Source: a virus. From it: a DNA stretch of 64,000 nt. Location: IMG/VR virus record IMGVR_UViG_3300021961_000025; one strand, 5' to 3'. Below, one piece after another: positions 55,875 through 64,000 of this stretch. How positions within the stretch are numbered: the stretch's first letter is position 1; each line of letters opens with the position of its first letter. The position numbers and the translations under genes are program-made. The notes under the pieces are model-generated. The model saw nothing but the letters and a program-made list of their open reading frames with translations, had not been told where the DNA came from and did not search any database.

Positions 55875-56198
55875 ATGGCAAACGTATTTAAGAACGCACT
55901 TGCTCGAGACATTGGAACTTCTGCAGTAACACTTTACAGTGCTCCTGCTACGAAGAATTCTATTTGTATCGAACTAGATGTATGTAATACGACTAACTCC
56001 GCAGTATCTTGTAGTGCTTTCATTACTAAAGGGGGAGCCGATTATTACATCGTAAAAAATGCTCCAGTCCCAGTAGGTGGAACTTTACAGATTATCTCTG
56101 GACAAAAGATCGTGTTAGCAGACAATGACACAATAAAAATAATTTCAACAGCGACCACATCTTTAGATGCAGTTGCTTCAATTTTAGAAGACGTATAA
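55875..56198 (+). CDS. Conserved virion-associated protein (MANVFKN family)
   Basis: PVPVGGTL.....KIVL...D.I.....SLD...SILE. Confidence 0.7.
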   Translation: MANVFKNALARDIGTSAVTLYSAPATKNSICIELDVCNTTNSAVSCSAFITKGGADYYIVKNAPVPVGGTLQIISGQKIVLADNDTIKIISTATTSLDAVASILEDV

Positions 56199-56200
56199 AC

Positions 56201-58042
56201 ATGGCTTATATTGGTTCATCAGTTATTGAAAAACTCAATACACAGATTCGTCCACGTGACGAGTTCAGCTGTAATGGTTATCAAAAAGACTATTTGTTAG
56301 CACAAGAAATTCCTGGAGGATTTGAGTCTAATCTATTAGTCGTTATCGACAACGTAATACAGGAACCTGTAACTGCGTATACTGTTGAACATGCCTATCG
56401 TTTAGTTATCTCTGGTATTCAAGAAAACAACGTTACAACTATTCCCCTTGCTAAAAGATCAAACACTGGTGTAACTGCACCATTTGAATTGTATGATCTT
56501 GCCACTGTTTTTGCCACAGCTGGAACTATTTTATTACAACAAGTAAATATTTCGACTAACATAGTTAATGCTGAAATGACTATCGATAAAATTGATAGTT
56601 CAAATTATACTGTTGTTGGTCTAGTTAATAGTGGATCGTTTACTGCAAATTCAACCACTGATTATCTAAGATTTAGAATTTCAGGTGGAGATTATATTTT
56701 TATAACTGCTTATGGTGGTGCTTCACAACAAGCATCAGATGTTCCTCCAATTGGAGTAGGTGCAGATTATTACGTTGCAGCATCTATTGGTGTTGAGGTT
56801 GAGATTCCTAAAATCTCTGATAGAATTGTACAAGGTGCAGTAACTGGTGTAGTTGCAAATGCGACTTCTAGTTATATTGACATCTTTAAAGAAACAGACG
56901 GACAGTTTCAAACTGGCGCAACAGAATACTTTGAACCAAAATCAGTAAACTATGCTAATACTGGAACAGTAACTTATGAAAATTTAAAAGGTGGTGATTT
57001 TAATATTGTAAGTATTGAACCACTTTCATATCAGTTACTTCATTTAAATGGTATTCCAGAATTAAACCAAAAAATTTATATCAGTCACTTAGGTGGAGCA
57101 ACCTATCAAACTGCACCATCAGCTGGATCAGTAACTGACTTAGCACTGTCTGATAATTTAAAAACGTTTACTGTTGATAAATACTTATCGACAACAAACC
57201 AAACAGATTTCCTTTTAAGTAAAGAGCCAGTTTCAGTTCAAGCAATTATCGTTACAATTAACGGACAGGTGCAAACTGATACTGTTGACTATCAATTAAT
57301 TGGTGGAACAACATTAAGACTTTCCGCACCACTTGTTGCTGGTATTAAAGTTAATGTTATTCACTTAGGGTTTAGTACTGTATCAAGAAACTCTTTCGTT
57401 GATGGATCTTTAACAACAGGATCTTTACAAGATAGAGCAGTAACTGGTGCTAAGATTGCTTTAAATACTATTAAAGCCAATAACATCGAGAACGCACAAG
57501 CGATTACTGATGCTCTTGGAGCAATGCCACTGTATACTGATACTTTTGGTACACAAATTATTCAATCACCAATTCAATTTGACTCTAGTTCTATTTTCTT
57601 AGCTGGTGGTCAACTTAAATTTCCAGGTGTACCAGTTCTTTCGACAGACGCAAATACACTAGACAGTTATTCTGAAGGAACATTTACACCAAACTTCCAT
57701 ATTGGTGCCTCTTCTGCTGGTATTACATGGACTACAAATGAGGGTAACTACGTTAAGATTGGTAGAATGGTTCACGTTTGTATGACGTTTAATGCTACTA
57801 CCTTTGGTGGATTAACTGGAGATGTTGTTATTGACGACTTGCCTGCAATTACAAACAACACTGCAGTTCAATGCGTTGGCACAATTCAAATGGATACTGG
57901 AACGACTACATTTTATAGTAAAGGTATTCCAAACACTACAACTTGTCATATTGTTAAAGAAGATGGCTCTTTAATGCAGCATTCTGACTTAATCACTGGA
58001 CAAGATATTAACGTTACGATTACATATATCTCTAAAACGTAA
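56201..58042 (+). CDS. Tail fibre-like structural protein
   Basis: MAYIG start, V.IDNVIQEP, AVTGAKIA, ANTLDSYSEGTFTP..YVKIGRMV tip domain. Confidence 0.72.
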   Translation: MAYIGSSVIEKLNTQIRPRDEFSCNGYQKDYLLAQEIPGGFESNLLVVIDNVIQEPVTAYTVEHAYRLVISGIQENNVTTIPLAKRSNTGVTAPFELYDLATVFATAGTILLQQVNISTNIVNAEMTIDKIDSSNYTVVGLVNSGSFTANSTTDYLRFRISGGDYIFITAYGGASQQASDVPPIGVGADYYVAASIGVEVEIPKISDRIVQGAVTGVVANATSSYIDIFKETDGQFQTGATEYFEPKSVNYANTGTVTYENLKGGDFNIVSIEPLSYQLLHLNGIPELNQKIYISHLGGATYQTAPSAGSVTDLALSDNLKTFTVDKYLSTTNQTDFLLSKEPVSVQAIIVTINGQVQTDTVDYQLIGGTTLRLSAPLVAGIKVNVIHLGFSTVSRNSFVDGSLTTGSLQDRAVTGAKIALNTIKANNIENAQAITDALGAMPLYTDTFGTQIIQSPIQFDSSSIFLAGGQLKFPGVPVLSTDANTLDSYSEGTFTPNFHIGASSAGITWTTNEGNYVKIGRMVHVCMTFNATTFGGLTGDVVIDDLPAITNNTAVQCVGTIQMDTGTTTFYSKGIPNTTTCHIVKEDGSLMQHSDLITGQDINVTITYISKT

Positions 58043-58067
58043 CCTAAATAAAGAATAGAGGAAACAA

Positions 58068-58298
58068 ATGGCACTAAGTAAAGTTAAATCAAAGGGGATC
58101 CAAGACAACATTGAGTTGCAAGGTAATAACACTACGCTTGCAGTTGGACCTCAGACTGATCGTCCATTGGTTCCTAAAAAAGGGGATATTCGTTTTAACG
58201 AAACGTTAAATCGACAAGAGATTTACGATGGATTAAAATGGGATCCAATCAATGCTCAATCGCTATCTATTGCATTAAATGTGGCATTAGGTGGTTAA
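58068..58298 (+). CDS. Small fibre-associated protein
   Basis: G...RP....GDIRFN....EIYDG..W motif; C-terminal IALNVALGG. Confidence 0.65.
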   Translation: MALSKVKSKGIQDNIELQGNNTTLAVGPQTDRPLVPKKGDIRFNETLNRQEIYDGLKWDPINAQSLSIALNVALGG

Positions 58299-58327
58299 AG
58301 ATTACTAAATAAAGGTGTGATTATACT

Positions 58328-58990
58328 ATGATTGTACAATCGGTTGACGAATGGCAATGGGAAGTCGTGGCGATATCTAGACACGAGCATTTCATTTTAC
58401 AAAAGGCAACAGGTAAACAAGGCAAAGAAGGATGGATTGGTATACCAGCTGTCGAACTTTGCACCTTTACAGTTCTCAAAACAGGTCTATTATCTATCTG
58501 TGATTGGGACAGCAAAAAAGAATTAGGAGTTATGGGACCAAACGTGAGGTTTCATTACTCTTATCTGATGGACGGATACGAGGGACGTGTCGATTATTTT
58601 GGCAAACCTCTACCACCAAAAGAGGAAATACTTGCAACAGCGAGTAAAACTCACGTTAGACTTAAAACCGTAAGTGATGAGAGTGTATTTTATTGCATCT
58701 CCGATCCTTACGACAATATTATTTGGGATGGTGATTCTTATGTGGTCGATAAAGAAGATTACAAACATACTATCCAGCCAAGTAATACTTTGAAATTTGT
58801 TCCATTAGACGATGGAATAAAACTAAATAATAAAAGTACCGAAAGGTATAAGATTATAAACTTAGCGATCTTTGATAAACCAATCGAGATTACAGGAAAG
58901 CTAAATAGAATGTATGCTATTGTAGCACCTAATGGTGTATACAAGAAACCTGTATCTACGCAAGATGTTCCTAGATACGTTAACGATTAA
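58328..58990 (+). CDS. Hypothetical protein
   Basis: 220-aa ORF after CTAAATA and AGGTG SD. Confidence 0.65.
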   Translation: MIVQSVDEWQWEVVAISRHEHFILQKATGKQGKEGWIGIPAVELCTFTVLKTGLLSICDWDSKKELGVMGPNVRFHYSYLMDGYEGRVDYFGKPLPPKEEILATASKTHVRLKTVSDESVFYCISDPYDNIIWDGDSYVVDKEDYKHTIQPSNTLKFVPLDDGIKLNNKSTERYKIINLAIFDKPIEITGKLNRMYAIVAPNGVYKKPVSTQDVPRYVND

Positions 58991-59019
58991 GAACCAGAAA
59001 TTTTGAACCGAGGATAAAA

Positions 59020-62000
59020 ATGCCAAAGAAACTCATTCCATTTGGATACGAAATTAACCTTGCTAATAATACCATTGGGATTCCAGGGAATTATCCAGCA
59101 GAACGTATCTTACTGATTACGAACGTAACCAAAAATAAAATTTTATATAACTTCGCAGATCCAACTGCAGGTTATACTTCAGTCATTTATGACGTAGACG
59201 ATGACTACACACAGGTAAATACTGTATTGTCATTGAACGATACTGCGAACATGTCTTCGACAGCTGACGATATTCTTCAAATTTTCGTAGAAGAAGACTT
59301 CGCACGAATCGGCTTTGAAGAAGCAATGATCGACCCAGTTAACAAGTTGCGTGTATCGAATCCAGAAAACTTGATCGATACCGACTTCGAATACGGTCTA
59401 CAGTCATCTAAATGGGAAACACTACAAACAGTGTTAAACATTCCTACAATCTATTCAACTTCAGGTGACACTCCACTTGAAGATTTGGTTTCTATTATTA
59501 CAACAGATGGTTCGAAACAAGTTAAAGTTACTGTTGGCGTCGACATGGATCTTAAACTCGGTGATCCTGTTGCTGTTCAAGGTACAACTAACATTTCTGC
59601 TGAAGGATACTTCCTAGTTTCTGGTATTGCTAGTACGAAGATCTTCTTCTATGAAATGGACAAAGAAGCAGTTACTTCAGAGGATATTTCTGGTTCATAT
59701 TCTACTGTAATTCCTGCAAAATTCTTTGAAGGTTCTAATCTTAACCTCGATCTATCAACATCTGCTATTGTAACTGATGAAGCAAATCCTTCAAACATTA
59801 CAATTACTACTTCTGAAACTCACGGATTAAACGTTGGTACAAAAGTTTACTTACGTAATACTATCGGACCAAAAATTCTTGAGATTGCTGATCCAACATT
59901 GACTGCTCCTGATGGACGTCCTTATGTTGACTCAGTTGCAGAATTAACAGTTACAAACACAGTTGATGCTACTACTCCAATCGGTGGTGGTGGATACCTA
60001 GAATTCCCTGTTGTTACATGGGACTGGGAACCAACTTATGTTAAGTATCTTTCTGCTGTTGACATTGACACAACACTAGATCAAATTACTTGGACTGCAC
60101 ACGGATTGTCTGCAAACGCAGCAATTCTTTTCCAAACTCAGGTTCGTGGTCAAACCAATGCTGGTTTAGTAGATGGTACAGTTTACTACGCTAATCCAAT
60201 CGATGCTGACACAATCGAACTTTACACAGACTATCAAACTCTAGCATCTAGAGTAAACTTAACTGGTCTAGACATTACTCGTGGTCATCCACGTATTGGT
60301 CTAGTTTACAAAGTTGAGGGTAACTCTGGTAACGATCGTTACACTTCATTCTATATGCGTAATATTCGTTCAAACGTTACTGGTTCTTATGATATTGGAA
60401 ACGTAAACAATACAAACTCTAACTCATTCACTTGGGATATTACCAACCATATGGGCACTGGACGTGTTCCAGTTGAATCAATTGTATACAACATCTACCA
60501 CAGTGGTAACTTAGCTGGTGGTGGTAACTACGTTTCAACTACATTTACTGGAAGAAACTATCTTGGTTTAGGTTCAGGTAACGTTAGTTACAACGTTGGT
60601 GGTAAAGGTTCTAACACTGCAACAGAATCACCAAACTTAGACGTTACACGTTGTATCTACTTGTCTTCATCTAGATACTACATTAGTGTGACTTACCAAG
60701 CAACTGGTTCTGTTATTACTCGAGACAAATTCGGTAACCCAACAAACAGTTTCCGTATTATTTACTATATCAGATTCCGTGACGTTCCTACTACAATGAA
60801 CGCTGACCATTCTGGTTCTGACTTATCGCAAGCTACATTCGGTTTAGGTCGTGATGCTGGAGCAAGAGTTTTTGCTTTCCAATCACGTACTCCTGGAACT
60901 GCATATCAAAACGCTGCAGATAACTATTCATATCTTGTTAACCAAAGAAACAATGGTCGTTACGGTACTGGTATTATTAGATACAACTATCAAGTAACTA
61001 CTTCTAATGGTCTTGGTATTCTTACTACAAACTATAACGATCCAAACAGAGAAGAATACTCAAGCAACAGTACTCACATTTACTACGGTATGGCAAAAGA
61101 CTTGTCATCTTTCCGTAACTTGATCTACGCTCAAGCACACGGACTAGAAGATGGCGATTCTGCTCTTGTTACAGTAACAAACTATTCAACTACAAACAGA
61201 TTTGCGTTTGTTGATGGTAATGGTAACTCAGTTGCTATTGCTCAAACAACATTCAATGCTACTGTTTCTGTAGTTTCTGATAACTACTTCAGATTACAGA
61301 TTAATCAGACACCAAACACTGATGATATTTCTGAATTCCCTGAAGAGTTCTCAATCGAAACACAAAAAGTTAACCCACTTTACAACTCTATCTACATCCA
61401 AAACCATAAGATCGTAGGTACTGCTACTGCACGTTATACTACTGCTGGTACTGTAATTGGTGGATTAACAAACAACACAATCTACTCACTACAATATCTA
61501 AACGACTCTCGTTTGATTGTTAAAGATGCATCTGTTGCTGACAACAGTAACTCTGCAACTACAACTGCATTTGGTTCAAGTTCTAACGCACAGAACCAAG
61601 CGTTTACTATTGATGTTGAAACACCTATCGGATTCTTACCAGCTAACGTAACAATTACTGGTGTTCAGTTCCGTGGTGACTTCTCTGCTCGAAACGAGTT
61701 CGTAACTCTTAACTTTGCAGACGCAACATCATACAGTATTGGTAGATCTGGTGGTCAGGATACTAGCGTATGGCTAGACGATCCAACTTGGGTTGCTAAA
61801 AACGTTTCTGCGTTGTTAGTAAACAGTGGTTCACCTGCTAAAAAATCTATTCAAGTTACTGCGTCTCCAACTTCTGCGATTAACTTTACAGTTTCTGGTA
61901 TGTCACGTTGGTGGGAAATTCGTTTCCAAATCAGTGCTGTCTCTGGTGATATTCTATTATCTTCAGCTGGTAGTGGATTACAAACGTTTACTGTTAACTC

Positions 62001-64000
62001 TCTTGAAGGAGCATACGATGGTGTTTATAACATCACTTCGATTCCTACAACAAACCAATTCGTAGTTTCTGCAGACTTTGAGATTCCAAAACGACAATAC
62101 GAATTTGATGCGTTTAACGATGTGTCACAGGGTACTGACGCTATTACGTTGGGAGTTTCCTCTCCTTATACACCACACAACTTGTATCAAGGTGAGCAAT
62201 TAACTTACAATCAAAACAGTCAGGCGACTGATATTATCAATAACGTCAACGTTACTGCATTGTATGCGATTCCAATTAACCAATACGAAACTCTAATTGC
62301 AGAATCTTATGCTTCTGCTCTAGCTGGACAACGTATTCAGTTAACTCCTGCTTCAGCTACTGAAACACAATATCTAGAAACTACTTCTCTTGTTAAGTCT
62401 ACAATTCAAGAGGGTTCAGTTGCTGGTGCAATCAATGGAAACAGATTAACTGGTTCTGGTACTAAGTTCTTATCAGACTACAAACGTGGTGATACAATTT
62501 GGATCGTGGTTGATGGTCGTTTACAAGGATTTACTGTAGACGTTATTACTACTGATGAACAGTTGTACATTACTGGTACTTTCCCAGCTGCATTTGCAAA
62601 TGCGGAATACTTCTTGTTAACTCAGTCTAACTTACGTCCTGATGGATACTCTCTACACAAATCATTCGATGGTGGTGTGGATATTACTGCTGGTACTTCA
62701 CCAAACAGTAAGATTGTTCGTCAATCTCGTAAGTACTTCCGTTATCAGTCTGGTAAAGGTATTCAAAACTCATACGCAATTAACTTCTCACCTGCGAAAA
62801 CAGTTGCTTCATTGACTTTCTCTGATGCTACTGGTGCTAACGTAGTGACAGTTAGATGTCAAGAGCCACATAACTTAAAACTGAACGATCAGATTATTAT
62901 GTCTGAAGCTGTAGTTACTACTGGTAACAACGTATACAACGGAACATTCTCTGTTGCATCAGTTAGTGACTTGTTTACTTACACTTACCTCGTTGGTTCT
63001 GTTCCTACTCAGCAAAAAGCTGCAGGATTCCCAGAGTACTCTCGTGACTCTTGGCGTGACTCTGCAATTCGTGCAGGTATGTTCGATGATCAAAACGGAT
63101 TCTTCTTTGAATACGATGGTCAAGATCTATACGCAGTAAGACGTTCTTCAACACTACAGTTATCTGGTACAGTTAATGCGTCATTCGGTTCACAGGTTAT
63201 CACTGGTAACAATACTTCGTTTACTACTCAGCTAAACGCTGGTAATAACATTGTTATTCGTGGACAGTCTTATCGAATCGTTGAAATTTCTTCAGATAAC
63301 CGATTAGTTGTTCAACCAGCTTACAAAGGTGTAACTGCAAGAAACATTAAGATTACAAAAACTGTTGATGTGAAAACACCAAGTACTGAATTCTCAGTCG
63401 ACCCAATGGATGGAACTGGTCCAACTGGATACGTGTTTAACGTACACAAAATTCAGATGGCATACCACGACTACTCATGGTATGGTGCTGGTAAGATTCG
63501 TTACGGATTCAAGGATAGAAAAGGACACGTCCATTACTTCCACGAATATATTCACAACAACAAATTGAACGAATCATACTTCCGTTCTGGTAACTTACCT
63601 GGAAGATACGAGATTGAAAATGGTAATAACCCATCTTCTGCTCCTACTCTATTCCACTTTGGTACTTCTATCATTATGGATGGTACGTTCGATGACGACG
63701 AATCATACTTGTTTACTGCTAACTCTAAACCAATGGTGTTTGCACAGGGTGCTGCTCAGTCCTTTACGACTGCTGGTGCTTCTACTTTCGAAGAAATTAC
63801 ATTAAACGCTAATCGTGTTTACGTGTATGCTCTTCCAGTAAGTGCTGCAAATGCTGCATTAGTCAAAGTGGGTCAGTTAATTTCTGACGCTAGCGACATT
63901 CTTCCTGAGAAATCTTATGTTACTCAGGTTATTGTTTCTGGTGCAAACTCTAAAGTCTATGCTTCATACCCTGCAACTAAAGTGGTTCCAGTTGGATACT
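59020..64000 (+). CDS. Very large virion structural protein, 3'-truncated by window edge
   Basis: Absent from track (no stop before window end); GAGG SD; MPKKLIP...LLITNVT..ILYNFAD...PVNKLRVSNPENLIDTDFEYGLQ...RQSRKYFRYQSGKG...YSWYGAG. Confidence 0.85.
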   Translation, partial: MPKKLIPFGYEINLANNTIGIPGNYPAERILLITNVTKNKILYNFADPTAGYTSVIYDVDDDYTQVNTVLSLNDTANMSSTADDILQIFVEEDFARIGFEEAMIDPVNKLRVSNPENLIDTDFEYGLQSSKWETLQTVLNIPTIYSTSGDTPLEDLVSIITTDGSKQVKVTVGVDMDLKLGDPVAVQGTTNISAEGYFLVSGIASTKIFFYEMDKEAVTSEDISGSYSTVIPAKFFEGSNLNLDLSTSAIVTDEANPSNITITTSETHGLNVGTKVYLRNTIGPKILEIADPTLTAPDGRPYVDSVAELTVTNTVDATTPIGGGGYLEFPVVTWDWEPTYVKYLSAVDIDTTLDQITWTAHGLSANAAILFQTQVRGQTNAGLVDGTVYYANPIDADTIELYTDYQTLASRVNLTGLDITRGHPRIGLVYKVEGNSGNDRYTSFYMRNIRSNVTGSYDIGNVNNTNSNSFTWDITNHMGTGRVPVESIVYNIYHSGNLAGGGNYVSTTFTGRNYLGLGSGNVSYNVGGKGSNTATESPNLDVTRCIYLSSSRYYISVTYQATGSVITRDKFGNPTNSFRIIYYIRFRDVPTTMNADHSGSDLSQATFGLGRDAGARVFAFQSRTPGTAYQNAADNYSYLVNQRNNGRYGTGIIRYNYQVTTSNGLGILTTNYNDPNREEYSSNSTHIYYGMAKDLSSFRNLIYAQAHGLEDGDSALVTVTNYSTTNRFAFVDGNGNSVAIAQTTFNATVSVVSDNYFRLQINQTPNTDDISEFPEEFSIETQKVNPLYNSIYIQNHKIVGTATARYTTAGTVIGGLTNNTIYSLQYLNDSRLIVKDASVADNSNSATTTAFGSSSNAQNQAFTIDVETPIGFLPANVTITGVQFRGDFSARNEFVTLNFADATSYSIGRSGGQDTSVWLDDPTWVAKNVSALLVNSGSPAKKSIQVTASPTSAINFTVSGMSRWWEIRFQISAVSGDILLSSAGSGLQTFTVNSLEGAYDGVYNITSIPTTNQFVVSADFEIPKRQYEFDAFNDVSQGTDAITLGVSSPYTPHNLYQGEQLTYNQNSQATDIINNVNVTALYAIPINQYETLIAESYASALAGQRIQLTPASATETQYLETTSLVKSTIQEGSVAGAINGNRLTGSGTKFLSDYKRGDTIWIVVDGRLQGFTVDVITTDEQLYITGTFPAAFANAEYFLLTQSNLRPDGYSLHKSFDGGVDITAGTSPNSKIVRQSRKYFRYQSGKGIQNSYAINFSPAKTVASLTFSDATGANVVTVRCQEPHNLKLNDQIIMSEAVVTTGNNVYNGTFSVASVSDLFTYTYLVGSVPTQQKAAGFPEYSRDSWRDSAIRAGMFDDQNGFFFEYDGQDLYAVRRSSTLQLSGTVNASFGSQVITGNNTSFTTQLNAGNNIVIRGQSYRIVEISSDNRLVVQPAYKGVTARNIKITKTVDVKTPSTEFSVDPMDGTGPTGYVFNVHKIQMAYHDYSWYGAGKIRYGFKDRKGHVHYFHEYIHNNKLNESYFRSGNLPGRYEIENGNNPSSAPTLFHFGTSIIMDGTFDDDESYLFTANSKPMVFAQGAAQSFTTAGASTFEEITLNANRVYVYALPVSAANAALVKVGQLISDASDILPEKSYVTQVIVSGANSKVYASYPATKVVPVGY

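Noticed and set aside
32-63805. Many antisense or alternate-frame ORFs in the track (e.g. 32-466, 10031-10441, 19427-19801, 34135-34491, 61826-63805)
   Set aside because: Shadows of well-supported genes in another frame or strand
1-64000. Alternative genetic code, introns, inteins, homing endonucleases, reverse transcriptase/DGR
   Set aside because: Core genes read through in the standard code; no suppressor tRNA, interrupted gene or RT motif recognised

Overview
A 64-kb segment of an AT-rich T4-like myophage genome, probably from an aquatic proteobacterial host. 1-29.4 kb (+): early/middle region with RNase H, many small early genes behind near-consensus sigma70 promoters, 3 tRNAs, a glnA-type glutamine riboswitch, a candidate structured ncRNA, a permuted two-piece tmRNA next to ribosomal protein bS21, nucleotide/repair genes, PhoH, endolysins and gp33/gp59/gp32. 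29.5-35.5 kb (-): tape-measure-like gene, gp51/gp26 (linked by a putative -1 frameshift), small terminase, tail tube-like gene, gp2, gp4. 35.6-64 kb (+): baseplate/tail module (gp48, gp53, hub, gp5, PAAR, gp25, gp6, gp7, gp8, large virion proteins). The most striking feature is a tightly coupled ~9-kb phage-encoded biosynthetic-like cluster (6214-15050): five cupin/Fe-oxygenase paralogues, a ketosynthase, SAM decarboxylase, a DUF1415-like protein, an atypical amidinotransferase and four Asp/Asn-beta-hydroxylase-like paralogues. A fatty-acid desaturase and a class-III aminotransferase lie elsewhere in the window. All calls are from motif recognition by eye; no database searches were run.
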